DNA of 53,122 bases, from positions 1 through 53,122 of the forward strand of contig CAMJOD010000001.1 of the NCBI GenBank assembly GCA_946407465.1, read 5' to 3'. Below the pieces are notes generated by a model. It ran no database searches. It had not been told where the DNA came from and worked only from the letters and a program-made list of their open reading frames with translations. The stretch's first letter is position 1; every line of letters begins with the position of its first letter. A program made the position numbers and the translations under genes. This DNA comes from an uncultured Clostridia bacterium (GTDB lineage: Bacteria; Bacillota; Clostridia; Oscillospirales; Acutalibacteraceae). Of the stretch, positions 43,622 through 53,122 are shown piece by piece.

Positions 43622-44665
43622 ATGGTAGTTTACGGCATATGGACATTTTGCGCGGCGATTCTCGCGTTTGTCATTTCGGCAGTGGTGGGAAGATTTTTGA
43701 TTCCCTATCTGCACAAGCTCAATTTCGGACAGACGATTCTTGAAATCGGTCCCAGCTGGCACAAAGAAAAGCAGGGCACTCCCGTCATGGGCGGCATTAT
43801 GTTTATTATCGCGATTACCTTTGTCACCATCGTCAGCACGGTTGTCTATATTCTCACCGGCAGCGAGTTTATCAACACCTACCGCGCCGATATTTCGAGT
43901 GAGGTTGTCTATATTTTCGCCGGTCTCGGCTTGGCGCTCGCCAACGGCATCATCGGCTTTGTGGACGACTACACCAAGGTTGTCAAAAAGCGCAACCTCG
44001 GTCTCACCGCGCCGCAAAAGCTGGTTTTCCAGTTTGCTTCCGCGGCGGCATATCTGGCGATTCTCGGCTTTTCGGGCTGCGGCACCGAAACAATCATTCC
44101 GTTTGTCGGCAAGGTTGACCTCGGCTTTTTCTACTACATTATCTCCGCTGTTGTCATCGTCGGCATTGTCAACGCTGTCAACCTCACGGACGGCGTAGAC
44201 GGTCTCGACGGTTCCATCACCTTCTTTGTGGCGGTGGCTGTCATGCTGATTTCCAGCTCTCTCTACTGTCTCGGTCTCACCGCGTTCAGCGCGGCGGTTG
44301 CCGGTGCGTGTCTCGGTTTCCTTGTTTGGAATTTCCACCCTGCCAAGGTATTCATGGGCGACACCGGTTCGCTCTTCCTCGGCGGCGTTGTCTGCGCCTT
44401 GGTGTTTGCCACCAAAATGCCCATTCTGCTGCTGCCGCTCGGCATCGTGTATCTTTGCGAAATGTTCTCGGTTATCCTGCAGGTGGGCTACTTCAAACTG
44501 ACCCACGGCAAGCGCCTTTTCAAGATGAGCCCGATTCACCATCATTTTGAAATGTGCGGCTGGAGCGAGGTAAAAATCGTCGCGGTATTCAGCGCGGTAA
44601 CGGCGCTGTTCGGCGCAATCTCCTTCCTGCTCGTTATCTTCGGCGTAAAGGTACCGGTATATTAA
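43622..44665 (+). CDS. mraY: Phospho-N-acetylmuramoyl-pentapeptide transferase
   Basis: [37 protein letters not shown]. Confidence 0.97.
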   Translation: MVVYGIWTFCAAILAFVISAVVGRFLIPYLHKLNFGQTILEIGPSWHKEKQGTPVMGGIMFIIAITFVTIVSTVVYILTGSEFINTYRADISSEVVYIFAGLGLALANGIIGFVDDYTKVVKKRNLGLTAPQKLVFQFASAAAYLAILGFSGCGTETIIPFVGKVDLGFFYYIISAVVIVGIVNAVNLTDGVDGLDGSITFFVAVAVMLISSSLYCLGLTAFSAAVAGACLGFLVWNFHPAKVFMGDTGSLFLGGVVCALVFATKMPILLLPLGIVYLCEMFSVILQVGYFKLTHGKRLFKMSPIHHHFEMCGWSEVKIVAVFSAVTALFGAISFLLVIFGVKVPVY

Positions 44666-44724
44666 CAATCATTCATGACTCTTTTGACCCTGCCTTTGCG
44701 GCAGGCAAATTGGGAGGAAAAAAT

Positions 44725-46002
44725 TTGGCTTCTTCACCCAAAAACAAAATGCTTTTTCGCGGCGACTTAAACCGTATTTATGACGAAAAGGTGCGTCAAA
44801 AGAAAAAGCCACACCGCGAACAGGACAGAGAACGCTTTTTTGTCCGTCCCGTTCGCAGGCGCGAAAAAAACGCAAAATGGTTTGACGTCGGCATGGGAAT
44901 CGACCTGCCGTTTTGCATTATCATTTTGATATTGCTGATTGTCGGAACGATTATGATGTTTTCGGCAAGCTACGCCTTTGCGTTTTACACGCAGGAGGAC
45001 AGCTTCTACTATCTCAAACGCCAGATTCTGTTTATCATTGTCGGCATTATCGGCATGGCGGTGCTGTCGTTCTTTAACTACAACAAACTGCACAAGGCAG
45101 CGCCCATCGTCATGGGTGCGGCGTACTTTTTCCTGCTGCTGGTATTGGTTCTGCCCTCCGGCGAGGGCGGCGTCAAGCGCTGGATACCGCTCGGCATCTT
45201 TAACATTCAGCCCTCCGAAATCGCCAAGTTTGCCGTCATTCTCTTTTTCTCGCACTGGTGCAGCAAATATTACAACAAAATGCAGCTGCCCAAATACAGC
45301 ATTTTGCCGGGCGTCATCGTCTTTGGCTCTATTTCGGTGCTGCTGCTCTTGGAGCCGCACTATTCGGGCATCGTTATCATCGGCGTGCTCACGGTCATTA
45401 TGCTCTACGTCGGCGGCATGAAAACAAAATATCTCGTTGTGGGCGGCATCGCGCTCGGCGTTATTATTCTGCTGCTCGCGGTCACGGGCGGACTCTCCTA
45501 CGCAATGACGCGTATGGACGGTTGGGGACAGGCGCTTTCCGCCGAACGCGGCACCGATTTGTGGGACTCCACCTGGCAGACGCGCAATTCTCTCTACGCC
45601 ATCGGCTCCGGCGGCTTCTGGGGACTCGGCTTGGGACAATCGCGTCAGAAATATCTGTATCTGCCCGAGCCGCAGAACGACTTTATCTTTGCCATCGTCG
45701 TCGAGGAGCTGGGACTGATTGGCGCAGCGATTATTCTTTTGATATTTGCCCTCTTGGTATGGCGCGGCATCACGCTGTCGCTGCGTGCCAAGGACAAATT
45801 CGGAAAGCTTCTCGGAATCGGTCTGACCTCCCAAATCGGTATTCAGGTAGTGCTCAACATTCTGGTTATCACCGACTGGCTCCCGAACACCGGCATCAGT
45901 CTCCCGTTCTTCAGCTACGGCGGCTCCTCTCTGATTATGCTCTTGGCTCAAATGGGCATCATCCTCTCCATTTCCCGAACCGCCAACATAGAACGCCAAT
46001 AG
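44725..46002 (+). CDS. ftsW: SEDS peptidoglycan polymerase FtsW/SpoVE
   Basis: KRWI, QPSEIAK, GLGLGQSRQK, LPEPQNDFIF, PFFSYGGSS; TTG start after GGGAGG. Confidence 0.92.
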   Translation: MASSPKNKMLFRGDLNRIYDEKVRQKKKPHREQDRERFFVRPVRRREKNAKWFDVGMGIDLPFCIIILILLIVGTIMMFSASYAFAFYTQEDSFYYLKRQILFIIVGIIGMAVLSFFNYNKLHKAAPIVMGAAYFFLLLVLVLPSGEGGVKRWIPLGIFNIQPSEIAKFAVILFFSHWCSKYYNKMQLPKYSILPGVIVFGSISVLLLLEPHYSGIVIIGVLTVIMLYVGGMKTKYLVVGGIALGVIILLLAVTGGLSYAMTRMDGWGQALSAERGTDLWDSTWQTRNSLYAIGSGGFWGLGLGQSRQKYLYLPEPQNDFIFAIVVEELGLIGAAIILLIFALLVWRGITLSLRAKDKFGKLLGIGLTSQIGIQVVLNILVITDWLPNTGISLPFFSYGGSSLIMLLAQMGIILSISRTANIERQ

Positions 46003-46211
46003 CCGTTGCCACGGTGGGCAGCGCGCCTTTGGACAGCGCGGCTGTTTTGGCAGCCGTTGCGAAACGGCGCGTCATACCGTTGCCGCGGTGGGCAGTACCG
46101 TTGCCGCGGTGGGCAGTACCGTTGCCGCGGTGGGCAGTACCGTTGCCACGGTGGGCAGCGCGCCTTTGGACAGCGCGGCTGTTTTGGCAGCCGTTGCAAA
46201 ACGGCGCGTCA
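46003..46211. repeat. Composite intergenic repeat: two 72-bp copies flanking three 21-bp tandem units
   Basis: 46003-46074 matches 46140-46211; TACCGTTGCCGCGGTGGGCAG x3 at 46075-46137. Confidence 0.9.
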
Positions 46212-46386
46212 GAAAAGGCTGTTTCGGTAGTTTTTCTATCGACCTTTCAAAAAGATTTTAAATTAGAAACGTTTCCATAAGATATATTTTCAACGCGTGA
46301 ACGAATGGCTTGTTTTTACACACAACGCTTTCTTGCGCGACCTTCACTCAACTCTCAACTCTCAACTCTAACAAAAGCGGTGACTT

Positions 46387-47505
46387 ATGAAGATTTTATT
46401 AGCAGGCGGCGGCACAGCCGGACATATCAATCCAGCGCTCGCAATTGCGGGCTACATCAAGCAGAAAAGACCCGACACGGAGTTTTTGTTTATCGGCAAC
46501 AAGGACGGCATGGAACAGCGCTTGGTGCCGCAGGCAGGCTTTCCGATTGAGTCCATCACCATCAGCGGCTTTCAGCGCAGTCTGTCGCCCAAAAGTGTGG
46601 CGGCAAATCTGCGCACGGTGCGGCGCACCGTGACCTCGTCTGCCGCCGCGAAGAAGATTATCAAGGCGTTTCAGCCCGATCTGTGCATCGGCACCGGCGG
46701 CTACGTGTCGGGACCGGTTGTCCGCGACGCGGCTCGGCTCGGCATTCCGTGTCTGATTCACGAGCAGAACGCTTATCCCGGTGTGACAAACAAAATGCTC
46801 GCGCACCGCGTGAAAAAGGTTATGCTGGCTGTCGAGGCGGCAAAGCCGTATTTCAAGGATGTTCCCGTTGTGGTGACAGGCAATCCCGTTCGCGGCGAAA
46901 TTCTGACCGCAGACAAGGCGGAGTCGCGCAAACAGCTCGGACTTGACCAGCGTCCGGTCATTCTGTCCTTCGGTGGCAGCCTCGGCGCGCAAAAAATCAA
47001 CGAAGCGCTTGTTGACCTCATCGCGCGCAGCGGCAAAAATGGCCGCTATCAGCACATTCACGCCTACGGAAAATACGGCGGCTGGTTCCCTGACAAGCTG
47101 CGCGAGGCAGGTGTGGAGCCGGACAACTGTCCCAATCTGGACATTCGCCCCTACATCGACAACATGCCCACCTGTATGGCGGCGGCGGATTTGGTCATCA
47201 GCCGCGCAGGCGCCATTACGCTCAGCGAGATTCAGGCGATGGGCAAGCCGGCTATCCTGATTCCCTCTCCCAATGTTGCGGAGAATCACCAGTACCACAA
47301 CGCCATGGCGCTGGTTGACGCGGGAGCGGCGGAGATTATTGAGGAGATCAACCTCAGCGGCGCGGCTGTCATTGAAAAGGCGGACGCTATGCTGCATGAT
47401 GAGGAGACGCTGGCAAAATTCAGCGAAAACTCCAAAAAAATGGCGATTACCAACGCAAATGAGCGCATTTATTCCGTTGTCAAACAGGTATTAAATCTGA
47501 TATAA
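46387..47505 (+). CDS. murG: MurG glycosyltransferase
   Basis: GGGTAGHINP, GTGGYVS, HEQN, GNPVR, GGSLGA, SRAGA, HQYHNA. Confidence 0.97.
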   Translation: MKILLAGGGTAGHINPALAIAGYIKQKRPDTEFLFIGNKDGMEQRLVPQAGFPIESITISGFQRSLSPKSVAANLRTVRRTVTSSAAAKKIIKAFQPDLCIGTGGYVSGPVVRDAARLGIPCLIHEQNAYPGVTNKMLAHRVKKVMLAVEAAKPYFKDVPVVVTGNPVRGEILTADKAESRKQLGLDQRPVILSFGGSLGAQKINEALVDLIARSGKNGRYQHIHAYGKYGGWFPDKLREAGVEPDNCPNLDIRPYIDNMPTCMAAADLVISRAGAITLSEIQAMGKPAILIPSPNVAENHQYHNAMALVDAGAAEIIEEINLSGAAVIEKADAMLHDEETLAKFSENSKKMAITNANERIYSVVKQVLNLI

Positions 47506-47601
47506 TATAAGAACAGCGGATTTCAAATAACATCCGAAAAAATCACACACCCTTTGCCTTTCGTCATAGAATAAACTATGATGACAAGAGAGGGTGTTTG
47601 T

Positions 47602-48855
47602 GTGTCAAAATTGTATATGACGGGACAAAAGCGGCTCAGCGGCGACGTGCGGCTCCAGGGAGCAAAAAACAGCGCGCTGCCGCTTTTGGCGGCAACGGTG
47701 CTGGCGCAGGGTGAGAGCGTGCTCTACAACTGTCCGCAGCTTTCGGACACCGAAGCCTCGCTGCGGATTCTCCGTTGGCTGGGCTGCACAGCGCAGCGCT
47801 GCGACGGCACGGTTATTGTCAAAAACGGCGGCGTCACGCGGCACGATATTCCCGATTCATTCATGCGTCAAACGCGCGGTTCTGTTTTGTTTTTGGGAGC
47901 GGTGCTCGCCAAGCAGGGGAGAGTCAGGCTCAGCCTGCCCGGCGGCTGCGAAATCGGGCAGCGGCCGATTGATATGCACCTCAAGGCGTTGCGCCGTCTG
48001 GGTGCGGTCATAAAGGAGCGCCACGGCTGGCTCGACTGCCGCGCACCGCACGGTCTAAAGGGAGCGGACATTATCCTGCCGTTTCCCAGTGTGGGCGCGA
48101 CCGAGGAGGTTGTGCTGGCGGCTTGCACCGCCGAGGGCGTCACTACGCTGACGAACGCGGCACGCGAGCCGGAAATCACCGACCTTGCCGATTACTTAAA
48201 CCGCTGTGGCGCACGGATTTACGGCGCCGGAGAGAGCGTGATTCACATCGAAGGCGTCCGTGCGCTTCACGGCTGTGCGCACGCGGTCATTCCCGACCGC
48301 ATTGTCGCGGCGACGCTGATTGCCTGCGCTGCCGTCACCGGCTCCTCTGTCACGCTCAAAGGCGTGATACACAGCCATTTGTCGGCGGTTTTGCCGGTGT
48401 TTGAGGACGCCGGCTGCACTTTTTCAGCCAAGGAAAATGAGCTGCGTGTGACGGCTCCCGACCGTCTGCGCTCCATGAAAATCGTACGTACCATGCCGTA
48501 TCCGGGCTTTCCCACGGATGCGCAGTCGCCCTTGCTGGCAGCTGCAGCCGTTGCGGACGGCACGACGGTATTGATTGAAAATATATTTGAAAACCGCTAT
48601 CGCCATGTCGCGGAGCTGACGCGCATGGGAGCGGACATCAAAACCGAGGGCAAGTTTGCCGTGATTGACGGCGTGCCGCAGCTATACGGCGCGGCGGTTG
48701 AGGCGACGGATTTGCGCGGAGCGGCGGCGCTTGTCGTCGCAGGCTTGTGTGCCGAGGGCAAAACCGAGCTCGGCGGTGTAAAATATCTGGATCGTGGCTA
48801 TGAGCGTTTTGAGCAGGCGCTTGCTTCGCTCGGCGCGGACATAAAAAGAGTATAG
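47602..48855 (+). CDS. murA: UDP-GlcNAc 1-carboxyvinyltransferase
   Basis: GAKNSALP, LPGGCEIGQRP, SVGATE, NAAREPE, YPGFPTD, LDRGYE; GTG start inferred. Confidence 0.95.
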   Translation: MSKLYMTGQKRLSGDVRLQGAKNSALPLLAATVLAQGESVLYNCPQLSDTEASLRILRWLGCTAQRCDGTVIVKNGGVTRHDIPDSFMRQTRGSVLFLGAVLAKQGRVRLSLPGGCEIGQRPIDMHLKALRRLGAVIKERHGWLDCRAPHGLKGADIILPFPSVGATEEVVLAACTAEGVTTLTNAAREPEITDLADYLNRCGARIYGAGESVIHIEGVRALHGCAHAVIPDRIVAATLIACAAVTGSSVTLKGVIHSHLSAVLPVFEDAGCTFSAKENELRVTAPDRLRSMKIVRTMPYPGFPTDAQSPLLAAAAVADGTTVLIENIFENRYRHVAELTRMGADIKTEGKFAVIDGVPQLYGAAVEATDLRGAAALVVAGLCAEGKTELGGVKYLDRGYERFEQALASLGADIKRV

Positions 48856-48924
48856 GATAATTGCAATATAGTGTCAAATTGTAGTGTCAATTTTGTCGGA
48901 AACAGGAAGTTAGGAGGATAACTG

Positions 48925-50316
48925 TTGGATTCCAAGGACAAAAAACAGCTTGCCAAAAAGCGAAAGGAAGCGGCAAAGCAGGCGCAGAAATTTCACAGAG
49001 AACAGGATAAACAGGAAAAACAGAATAAAAAAGCCTCCCAAAAGATTTTGAAGGCTAACAGTGCCGTCTCCAAAAAAGCGGAGAACGCCACCAGCAAAAT
49101 CAAGGAAGCTGTTTCCGCAAGACGTGACAAGCGGCAGGCTGAGCGCCGCAGCAACCTCAGCCGCGAAGAAAAGTTTCGCCGGGAGGGCAAGGAAAAAATC
49201 CGCAATCTCCGTCCGCAGGATCATGAGGACGGCTACTATGTGGATGAATACGCCGAAAAGCAGCGGCAGGAACGGCGCGCCAAGGTGATCCGCCGACAGG
49301 AGCGCGAGGTTATTCGCCGCAACAAAAAGCCGCTCAGCCGCAAACAGGTGCGCTTTAAGCATATTCTGCTGTCGGCGACAATTCTGCTCGGCGTGCTGCT
49401 GGTCGGCGTTGTCCTCTGCTTTACGGTTCTCTTCAAAACAGAAAAAATTGAGGTCGAGGGCGATATTTACTATGACCGCCAGCAGATTATAGATTTTTGC
49501 AATGTTGCCGAACAGCAGAATATTTTTATCGGAACGTGGAACAGTACACCTGAGGAGGTTGTCAAAAACCTTCCCTATATCGAAAAGGCAGATGTGAGCT
49601 TCTCCATTCCCGATACCATAAAAATCACAGTCAAAAACGCGGTTCCGACCTACGCCATTCGGGACGGCGAGGGCTATTTGACCGTCAGCTCCAAGGGCAG
49701 GATTCTTGACACGACGCCTGTTATTACCGAGAATTTGGTGGAGCTGAAATGCGGCGAAATCAAGGACAAAACCAAGGGCAATTATATTGACTTCGGCGAC
49801 GAAACCGTTTCGGATATTCTCCACAGCGTCGCCAAGAGCTTTGCTGCCTACGGTGTTGACAAGGTGACGGCGTTTGACATTACCAATTTGTCGGGTATTA
49901 TTATTACTTACGACAACCGTATTGATATTAATATTGGATTACCCGATGATATTGAGTACAAAATCAAGACGGCTTTTACCATTATCAACGAAAAGCTCGA
50001 CCCCAACCAAACCGGTATGGTTGCCGGCACGCTGGATGTTTCTACCTGCAACAAAAACAAGATGTCGCGCTACAAGCCGTCACCCACAACGCCGGCGCCG
50101 GTTCCCACCCTGCCGCAGCCCACAACCTCACCGTCTGACAGCGGCGGCAACGGCGGCGCGGGCACCTACACCTATAACGATAACCTCAACGGTGCGAACA
50201 GCAGCTCCGCCAACGGTTATGCAAACGGTGTTTCCGGCAATACCGGGGGAGTCAATAACAACGCGAATACCGGCGAATACGGTCAGGCTGCAACTTATAA
50301 TCCGCAGGCGCAGTAG
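48925..50316 (+). CDS. ftsQ: FtsQ/DivIB-like POTRA protein
   Basis: Basic cytoplasmic N-terminus, TM, FKTEKIEVEG...LPYIE...IPDTIKITV; directly upstream of ftsZ. Confidence 0.8.
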   Translation: MDSKDKKQLAKKRKEAAKQAQKFHREQDKQEKQNKKASQKILKANSAVSKKAENATSKIKEAVSARRDKRQAERRSNLSREEKFRREGKEKIRNLRPQDHEDGYYVDEYAEKQRQERRAKVIRRQEREVIRRNKKPLSRKQVRFKHILLSATILLGVLLVGVVLCFTVLFKTEKIEVEGDIYYDRQQIIDFCNVAEQQNIFIGTWNSTPEEVVKNLPYIEKADVSFSIPDTIKITVKNAVPTYAIRDGEGYLTVSSKGRILDTTPVITENLVELKCGEIKDKTKGNYIDFGDETVSDILHSVAKSFAAYGVDKVTAFDITNLSGIIITYDNRIDINIGLPDDIEYKIKTAFTIINEKLDPNQTGMVAGTLDVSTCNKNKMSRYKPSPTTPAPVPTLPQPTTSPSDSGGNGGAGTYTYNDNLNGANSSSANGYANGVSGNTGGVNNNANTGEYGQAATYNPQAQ

Positions 50317-50532
50317 AAAAATGGGATTTAGCCATGATTTTACCGAAAAAATCTCACGCAAAACCATTGATATTTTTTAAAAAGTATGGTAGTATAGATA
50401 CAAAGTATGTATAATGACAATTATGGAGAGTTAACCTGTCGCGGCGGCGCTGTGATAACGCCGAATGCGCTCGCGACGGGGACGCCCCTCGGCGTTGTTT
50501 TATAGATTCTCGAAATTAAGGAGGAAGTTAAA

Positions 50533-51651
50533 ATGGCTTTTGAACTGGAACTGGAAAGCGAGTATATGCCCAAAATTAAGGTAATCGGTGTCGGCGGCGG
50601 CGGCGGAAACGCTGTAAACCGCATGGTTGCCATGGATGTTAAGAACGTAGAGTTTATCGCTATCAATACGGATGACCACGTGCTGAGACTTTCAAAGGCG
50701 TCGCAGAAGATTCAGATTGGTGAAAAGCTGACACGCGGAAAGGGCGCAGGCTCCAATCCCTCAATCGGTCAGAACGCCGCTGAGGAGAGCAAGGATGAAA
50801 TCGCCGCGCTTCTCAAGGATACCGACATGGTATTTGTCACCGCCGGTATGGGCGGCGGCACCGGTACGGGCGCAGCGCCTGTAGTGGCAAAAATCGCAAA
50901 GGATATGGGCATTCTCACCGTCGGTGTTGTGACCAAGCCGTTTGCGTTTGAGGGCAAGAGAAGAATGGCACAGGCTGAACAGGGCATTGCCGAGCTGTCC
51001 GCCTGCGTTGACTCGCTGATTATCGTTCCCAACGAAAGATTAAAATATGTTTCCGAAACCAGCATTACCCTGCAAAACGCGTTCGCTATCGCGGACGACG
51101 TGCTCCGTCAGGGTGTGCAGAGTATCTCCGACCTTATCCTGCTGCCGGGTCTGGTGAACCTCGACTTTGCGGACGTCACCTCCGTTATGAAGGACGCAGG
51201 CTACGCGCACATGGGAATGGGCTCTGCCGCAGGCAAGGATAAGGCGACAGTTGCCGCAGATATGGCAATTTCCAGCCCGCTGCTCGAAACCTCTATCGAC
51301 GGCGCCAAGGGCTTGATTATCAATATTACCGCTTCGTCCGACGTCAGCCTCGACGATATTGACGCAGCTTCCACTATGATTAAGGATAAGGTTTCCGACG
51401 ACGCGAACATCATTTGGGGTGCTGTTATTGACGACAGAATGGACGACCAGATGAGCGTTACCGTCATTGCAACCGGCTTTGGCACCGGCGACGATGCATC
51501 TGCCGCACAGGAGCCGCCGATGGACAACGTAATCGTTGACACGCCCGAGCCCACCGCCAGAACCACCAGAAGAAACAGCCGCGCCGTAAAGGATACCACC
51601 GACGACGAGGACGATACATTCTATGACATCATGTCCATATTCAATAAATAA
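50533..51651 (+). CDS. ftsZ: Cell division protein FtsZ
   Basis: [29 protein letters not shown]. Confidence 0.99.
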   Translation: MAFELELESEYMPKIKVIGVGGGGGNAVNRMVAMDVKNVEFIAINTDDHVLRLSKASQKIQIGEKLTRGKGAGSNPSIGQNAAEESKDEIAALLKDTDMVFVTAGMGGGTGTGAAPVVAKIAKDMGILTVGVVTKPFAFEGKRRMAQAEQGIAELSACVDSLIIVPNERLKYVSETSITLQNAFAIADDVLRQGVQSISDLILLPGLVNLDFADVTSVMKDAGYAHMGMGSAAGKDKATVAADMAISSPLLETSIDGAKGLIINITASSDVSLDDIDAASTMIKDKVSDDANIIWGAVIDDRMDDQMSVTVIATGFGTGDDASAAQEPPMDNVIVDTPEPTARTTRRNSRAVKDTTDDEDDTFYDIMSIFNK

Positions 51652-51666
51652 GCAACATGCAACGCA

Positions 51667-51700
51667 AAGGGCGTGCGGATTTCCGCACGCCTTGTTTTTT
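51667..51700 (+). terminator. ftsZ terminator
   Basis: GGCGTGCGGA-TT-TCCGCACGCC followed by a T-run. Confidence 0.85.
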
Positions 51701-51806
51701 GCACATTTTTGAACGATTCTAAGTTTTGTCTATTTGGTTTGATAAGGGTTTTAAAATAATACGCTGACAACACTGACGATAAACACCCATTTAACCGCAA
51801 AGCATT

Positions 51807-52035
51807 GACACGCCGTTTATCAAGCTTACCTAACAACAAAACCTTTCAAAAGGCGGAGTGGGTGAAACGTCACGCTTCCGGAGTGGATGAAACGTCACGC
51901 TTCCATTGTTTGAATAACTGCAATTTTTCGACACGCCGTTTATCGAGCCTACCTAACAACAAAACCTTTTAAAAGGCGGAGTGGATGAAACGTCACGTTT
52001 CCGGAGTGGGTGAAGCGTCACGCTTCCATTTGTTT
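51807..52035. repeat. Two ~105-bp copies (123-bp period), each with two 25-bp palindromic units
   Basis: GGAGTGG(G/A)TGAA(A/G)CGTCACG(C/T)TTCC x4; the last copy overlaps the spoVT stop. Confidence 0.9.
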
Positions 52036-52560
52036 GCCAAGGAAGGCGGCGGCGGACTGGGCGAGCTTGATTTCGGTGTTGGTCGGCAGCTTAACATTCT
52101 CACCGCTGAGCATCACCACCGCACCCATCACGTCTCCCGAAGAAATAATCGGAAAGATGACCGCCGCGTTGTGCTCCAATCCCTCAATCGGCTGCACGTT
52201 GTCCAGCGTCTGCTCACTCGCGGTATAGCTACGCCGCGCGTCCATCAAATTCTCCAAAACCGCGCTGACGCGCCGCTCCAAAAACTCACGCTTCGAAACA
52301 CCTGCCGCCGCAATCACATGATCTGTGTCACAAATCAGCGTCGGCATGCCGCTGATTCGCGCAATCACATCCGCATACTGCGCCGCAAACGCCGACAGCT
52401 CGCCCACCGGCGAATACTTCTTGAAAATAACCTCTCCGTCGGTGGCAGTGTAAATCTCCAGCGGGTCGCCCTCGCGGATACGCAGGGTTCTTCTTATTTC
52501 CTTTGGAATGACAACCCTGCCCAAATCATCAATTCTCCTGACTATTCCAGTAGCCTTCAT
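52018..52560 (-). CDS. spoVT: Stage V sporulation protein T
   Basis: MKATGIVRRIDDLGRVVIPKEIRRTLRIREGDPLEI (AbrB domain) plus GAF domain ending FLGKQME. Confidence 0.96.
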   Translation of the reverse strand: MKATGIVRRIDDLGRVVIPKEIRRTLRIREGDPLEIYTATDGEVIFKKYSPVGELSAFAAQYADVIARISGMPTLICDTDHVIAAAGVSKREFLERRVSAVLENLMDARRSYTASEQTLDNVQPIEGLEHNAAVIFPIISSGDVMGAVVMLSGENVKLPTNTEIKLAQSAAAFLGKQMEA

Positions 52561-52779
52561 ATCTAATATCTCCCTTGCCTGATACATTTTAGCAAAATAA
52601 TTGCAAGGTTATTGTATGTTTTTGAGTTTCCTTTATGCGGAATAATTGGTTGATGAAAAAACTGGAAAACAAGAATATGTTGTCCTCGATTTCTTTCATC
52701 AATTCTCCGTCGGCGGTTTCCTGACGGCTCAGATAAAACAAAACCGGCTTCGGCTTTTCTTTTACCTCGATTCTGATAG

Positions 52780-53122
52780 TTTGTCACCTCATGGATATTA
52801 TTACCTATAATTCTTTACCGCTGTGAGAGCTTGCACGAGTTTTTAGAGCTTGAATTCAATAAGCTGATAGAGTACGGTGTGAAGCTAAAACGCTGCGAAC
52901 GCTGCGGACAGTTCTTTACCGTCAAGGGCAACTACGACGCGCGGTATTGTAACCGGATTCATCCGGGAGAAGTCCGCTCCTGCCACGACCTCGCCGCCGA
53001 GGAGAACTACAAAAATAAAATGGCGGAGGATAAAGCAATTCCAATTTACCGAAAGTATTACCGCCGCTATTCCGCGCGAGTGAAGGTCAATCAAATCAAG
53101 CAGCCTGACTTCAAAAAGTGGA
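52780..53122 (+). pseudogene. 5'-truncated DUF6076-like zinc-finger fragment running off the window
   Basis: Open frame after TAG at 52777: ...KRCERCGQFF...YCNR...RSC...YRKYYRRYSAR...FKKW; no good start codon or RBS. Confidence 0.55.

Noticed and set aside
46003-46211. Possible CRISPR array
   Set aside because: The units are contiguous with no unique spacers and there are no cas genes. The same applies to 51807-52035 and 3944-4275.

Overview
This window is a chromosomal segment of a spore-forming Bacillota, probably Oscillospiraceae/Ruminococcus-like (inferred from gene content such as spoVT and the dcw layout). The right half (about 32-53 kb) is housekeeping: bioY with tandem BirA-like boxes, ackA, tmcAL, glgB with an unusual Lys/Ala tail, a reduced dcw cluster (mraZ-rsmH-ftsL-PBP-mraY-ftsW-murG-murA-ftsQ-ftsZ) and spoVT. 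The main point of interest is a ~20 kb, 15-gene, all plus-strand accessory locus (6531-26726) in two apparent transcription units. Unit 1 is a duplicated TerY-P-type module: vWA, PP2C, PIN-like/YegI-like kinase, vWA, membrane-anchored PP2C. Unit 2 encodes an RCC1+LRR protein, an unknown protein, an Hsp70-like ATPase, a long coiled coil, a zinc-ribbon protein, two helical proteins (one Snf7/ESCRT-III-like by pattern), a MIT-like/Vps4-like AAA+ ATPase, a protease-less BrxL and a degenerate AAA-DUF421 fusion. I hypothesise a phosphorylation-switched, ESCRT-like membrane-remodelling or anti-phage system. All family calls come from motifs recognised by eye; no searches were run.
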